A DNA stretch of 64,000 nt from an uncultured bacterium. GTDB taxonomy: Bacteria; Acidobacteriota; Thermoanaerobaculia; Multivoradales; JAHZIX01. Made by a program: the position numbers and the translations under genes. This document shows positions 62,326-64,000 of this stretch, piece by piece. A model generated the notes under the pieces. The model made no database searches and was not told the DNA's origin. It was given only the letters and a program-made list of their open reading frames with translations. The stretch lies in NCBI GenBank assembly GCA_965368975.1, contig CBDUPA010000005.1:192001-256000 (forward strand). Reading direction: 5' to 3'. Within the stretch, counting starts at the first letter, position 1. Each line of letters opens with the position of its first letter.

Positions 62326-64000
62326 TCATGCGTTGGGTTCCTGCTGGCTGAGGAAGCCGGGATCGCACATGGGGGCGAAGGTGGCGGGCTTGTCGGCAGC
62401 CTTCCAGGCGGTCTCGGGGGAAATCAAGTCGGCTTCGACAAGGTCCATGAGGCTCTGGTCGAGCATGCGCATGCCGATCTGGCGACCGATCTGCATCAGG
62501 CCGGGAAGCTGGAAGGTCTCGTCGCGGCGGATCGTCGAGCCGACGCTCATGGTGCCCTTGAGGACCTCGAAGGCGGCGACGCGGCCGTGGCCGCTCTTGT
62601 GCTGGAGCAGACGCTGGCAGACGATGTACTTGAGCGATTCGGACAGTGCCATGCGCACCTGGGCCTTCTCATCGGCCGGGAAGCTGTCGACCAGGCGATC
62701 GATGGTCTGGACGGCATTGGTGGTGTGCAGGGTGCCGATCATGAGGTGACCGGTCTCGGCGGCTTCGAGCGCCATGCGGATGGTGTCGGTGTCGCGCAGC
62801 TCGCCCACCACGATGATGTCCGGGTCTTCACGCAGGGCGGCGCGCAGGCCGCTGGCGAAGGCCTTGGTATCGCGGCCCACTTGACGCTGGTTGATCAAGG
62901 CCTGCTTGGGTGGATGGACGAACTCGATCGGGTCTTCCAGGCTGATCAGGTGCGACGGCTTGGTCTCGTTGATCAGGTTGATCAGCGCGGTGAGGGTGGT
63001 GCTCTTGCCGCAGCCGGAAGGGCCGGAGATGACGATGACGCCCTGGTGGAAGTCGAGCAGTTCCTTGAGCTGTTCGGGCAGGCCGAGTTCGGCGAAGCTG
63101 GGCGGTCGGTTGGGGATGACGCGGAAGGAGGCGCACAGGCCGAGACGTTGCTCGTAGGCGTTGGCGCGGTAGCGGCCGACTTCGGGGATGGCGTGGCAGA
63201 AGTCGAGGCCCTTCTCTTCCTCCAGGGTCGCCCACTGCTGGTCGTCGAGGGCAGCGCGCAGGTAGGCTGCGCTCTGTTCTGCGGTGATCGGCTTGAGGTG
63301 GTCGAGACGGTAGAGGACGCCGTCGCGGCGTACGACGGGCGGCTCGCCGACGCTGATGTGCAGGTCGGAGGCTTCCATGTCGCGGATTTGCACGAGCAGC
63401 CGGTCGAGCGGGTTGGAGAGCTTGCTAGTGTCGACCTTCGGGCCGCCTTCGCCTTCCTGGTGTGCGACCTGGAACAGCTCGTTCATGCCGCGTAGCACGT
63501 CGTTGGCGCGCAGGCGTACGTCGGCGTCGGGGTCGCGGTCGCGGACTTGCTTGAGGATGCTGAGCAGACGCCGGTCGTTGAACTTGGAGAACGCCTGCAG
63601 CACCTCCATGCGTACTTCCGGTCGCGGGTCGCGCAGCAGTTGGCTCAGCGGCTGCAATGACGAGACGGCGCCGATGTGGGCCAGCGCGTCGACGGCGGCC
63701 CAGCGGGTGTCTTCATCTTGCAGCATGCGCACCAGATGCGGCACGGCGCGCTCGTCCTTGAGGTTGCCGAGCACTTCACAAGCGGTGACGCGCAGCCACC
63801 AGTCCTTGTCTGCCAGCAGCTTGCAGAAGGGCTCGACGAGACGTTTGTCGTTGAAGCCTTCGGCCAGCATCAGCGCGGCGGTACGGATCTCGGGTGTCGG
63901 ATGGCCGAACAGCTTGACGGCGGCGCGCAGCACCGGCTCGCCGCCTTCGCGCAGGGCCTCGTGGATGCGCAGGCGTAGCCAGCCGGCCATCTTGTGGCCA
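62326..64000 (-). CDS. HEAT-repeat protein fused to PilT/PilU family ATPase (5' end beyond the window)
   Basis: HEAT-PBS-like repeats (L.DKDWWLRV.A, L.DP.PEVR) followed by ASDLHI, GPSGCGKSTT, LREDPD, GHL..GTLHT; frame open to the window edge. Confidence 0.9.
   Translation of the reverse strand, partial: GHKMAGWLRLRIHEALREGGEPVLRAAVKLFGHPTPEIRTAALMLAEGFNDKRLVEPFCKLLADKDWWLRVTACEVLGNLKDERAVPHLVRMLQDEDTRWAAVDALAHIGAVSSLQPLSQLLRDPRPEVRMEVLQAFSKFNDRRLLSILKQVRDRDPDADVRLRANDVLRGMNELFQVAHQEGEGGPKVDTSKLSNPLDRLLVQIRDMEASDLHISVGEPPVVRRDGVLYRLDHLKPITAEQSAAYLRAALDDQQWATLEEEKGLDFCHAIPEVGRYRANAYEQRLGLCASFRVIPNRPPSFAELGLPEQLKELLDFHQGVIVISGPSGCGKSTTLTALINLINETKPSHLISLEDPIEFVHPPKQALINQRQVGRDTKAFASGLRAALREDPDIIVVGELRDTDTIRMALEAAETGHLMIGTLHTTNAVQTIDRLVDSFPADEKAQVRMALSESLKYIVCQRLLQHKSGHGRVAAFEVLKGTMSVGSTIRRDETFQLPGLMQIGRQIGMRMLDQSLMDLVEADLISPETAWKAADKPATFAPMCDPGFLSQQEPNA

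Overview
High-GC bacterial window; gene content and style suggest Acidobacteriota (Thermoanaerobaculia-like), which is an inference. From left to right: a minus-strand metK-Mo oxidoreductase/pentapeptide-MATE-SurA-DUF502 run; a small accessory patch (SRPBCC gene, decayed DUF4258/YgiT pair, 61-aa leader-type peptide, DUF4157 eCIS-core metallopeptidase); an M28 peptidase; MMPL, pgsA and a lytic transglycosylase; an HpnR-like B12 radical SAM gene divergent from a 4-module, TE-less NRPS plus a stand-alone C domain; a low-GC island with two convergent C25/gingipain-like genes, one fused to TIR; an ABC-2 transporter with a CRTAC1/ASPIC-UnbV protein; a PAS-GGDEF-EAL gene and glycosyltransferases; the yceD-rpmF-plsX-fabD-fabG-acpP-fabF cluster; a tight run elp3-hydrolase-RapA-like helicase-Trm9/ALKBH8-like methyltransferase; a VapBC pair; and two PilT-family ATPases, one HEAT-fused. 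Best leads: (1) bacterial Elp3 co-encoded with a Trm9-like enzyme, a possible mcm5U34 tRNA pathway; (2) an NRPS that looks like a middle fragment of a split assembly line, with unusual A-domain codes; (3) the TIR-C25 / C25 island; (4) a GTAG-type REP element embedded in frame in an NRPS A domain. All family calls come from motif recognition by eye; no searches were run. No rRNA, tRNA or CRISPR array was seen.
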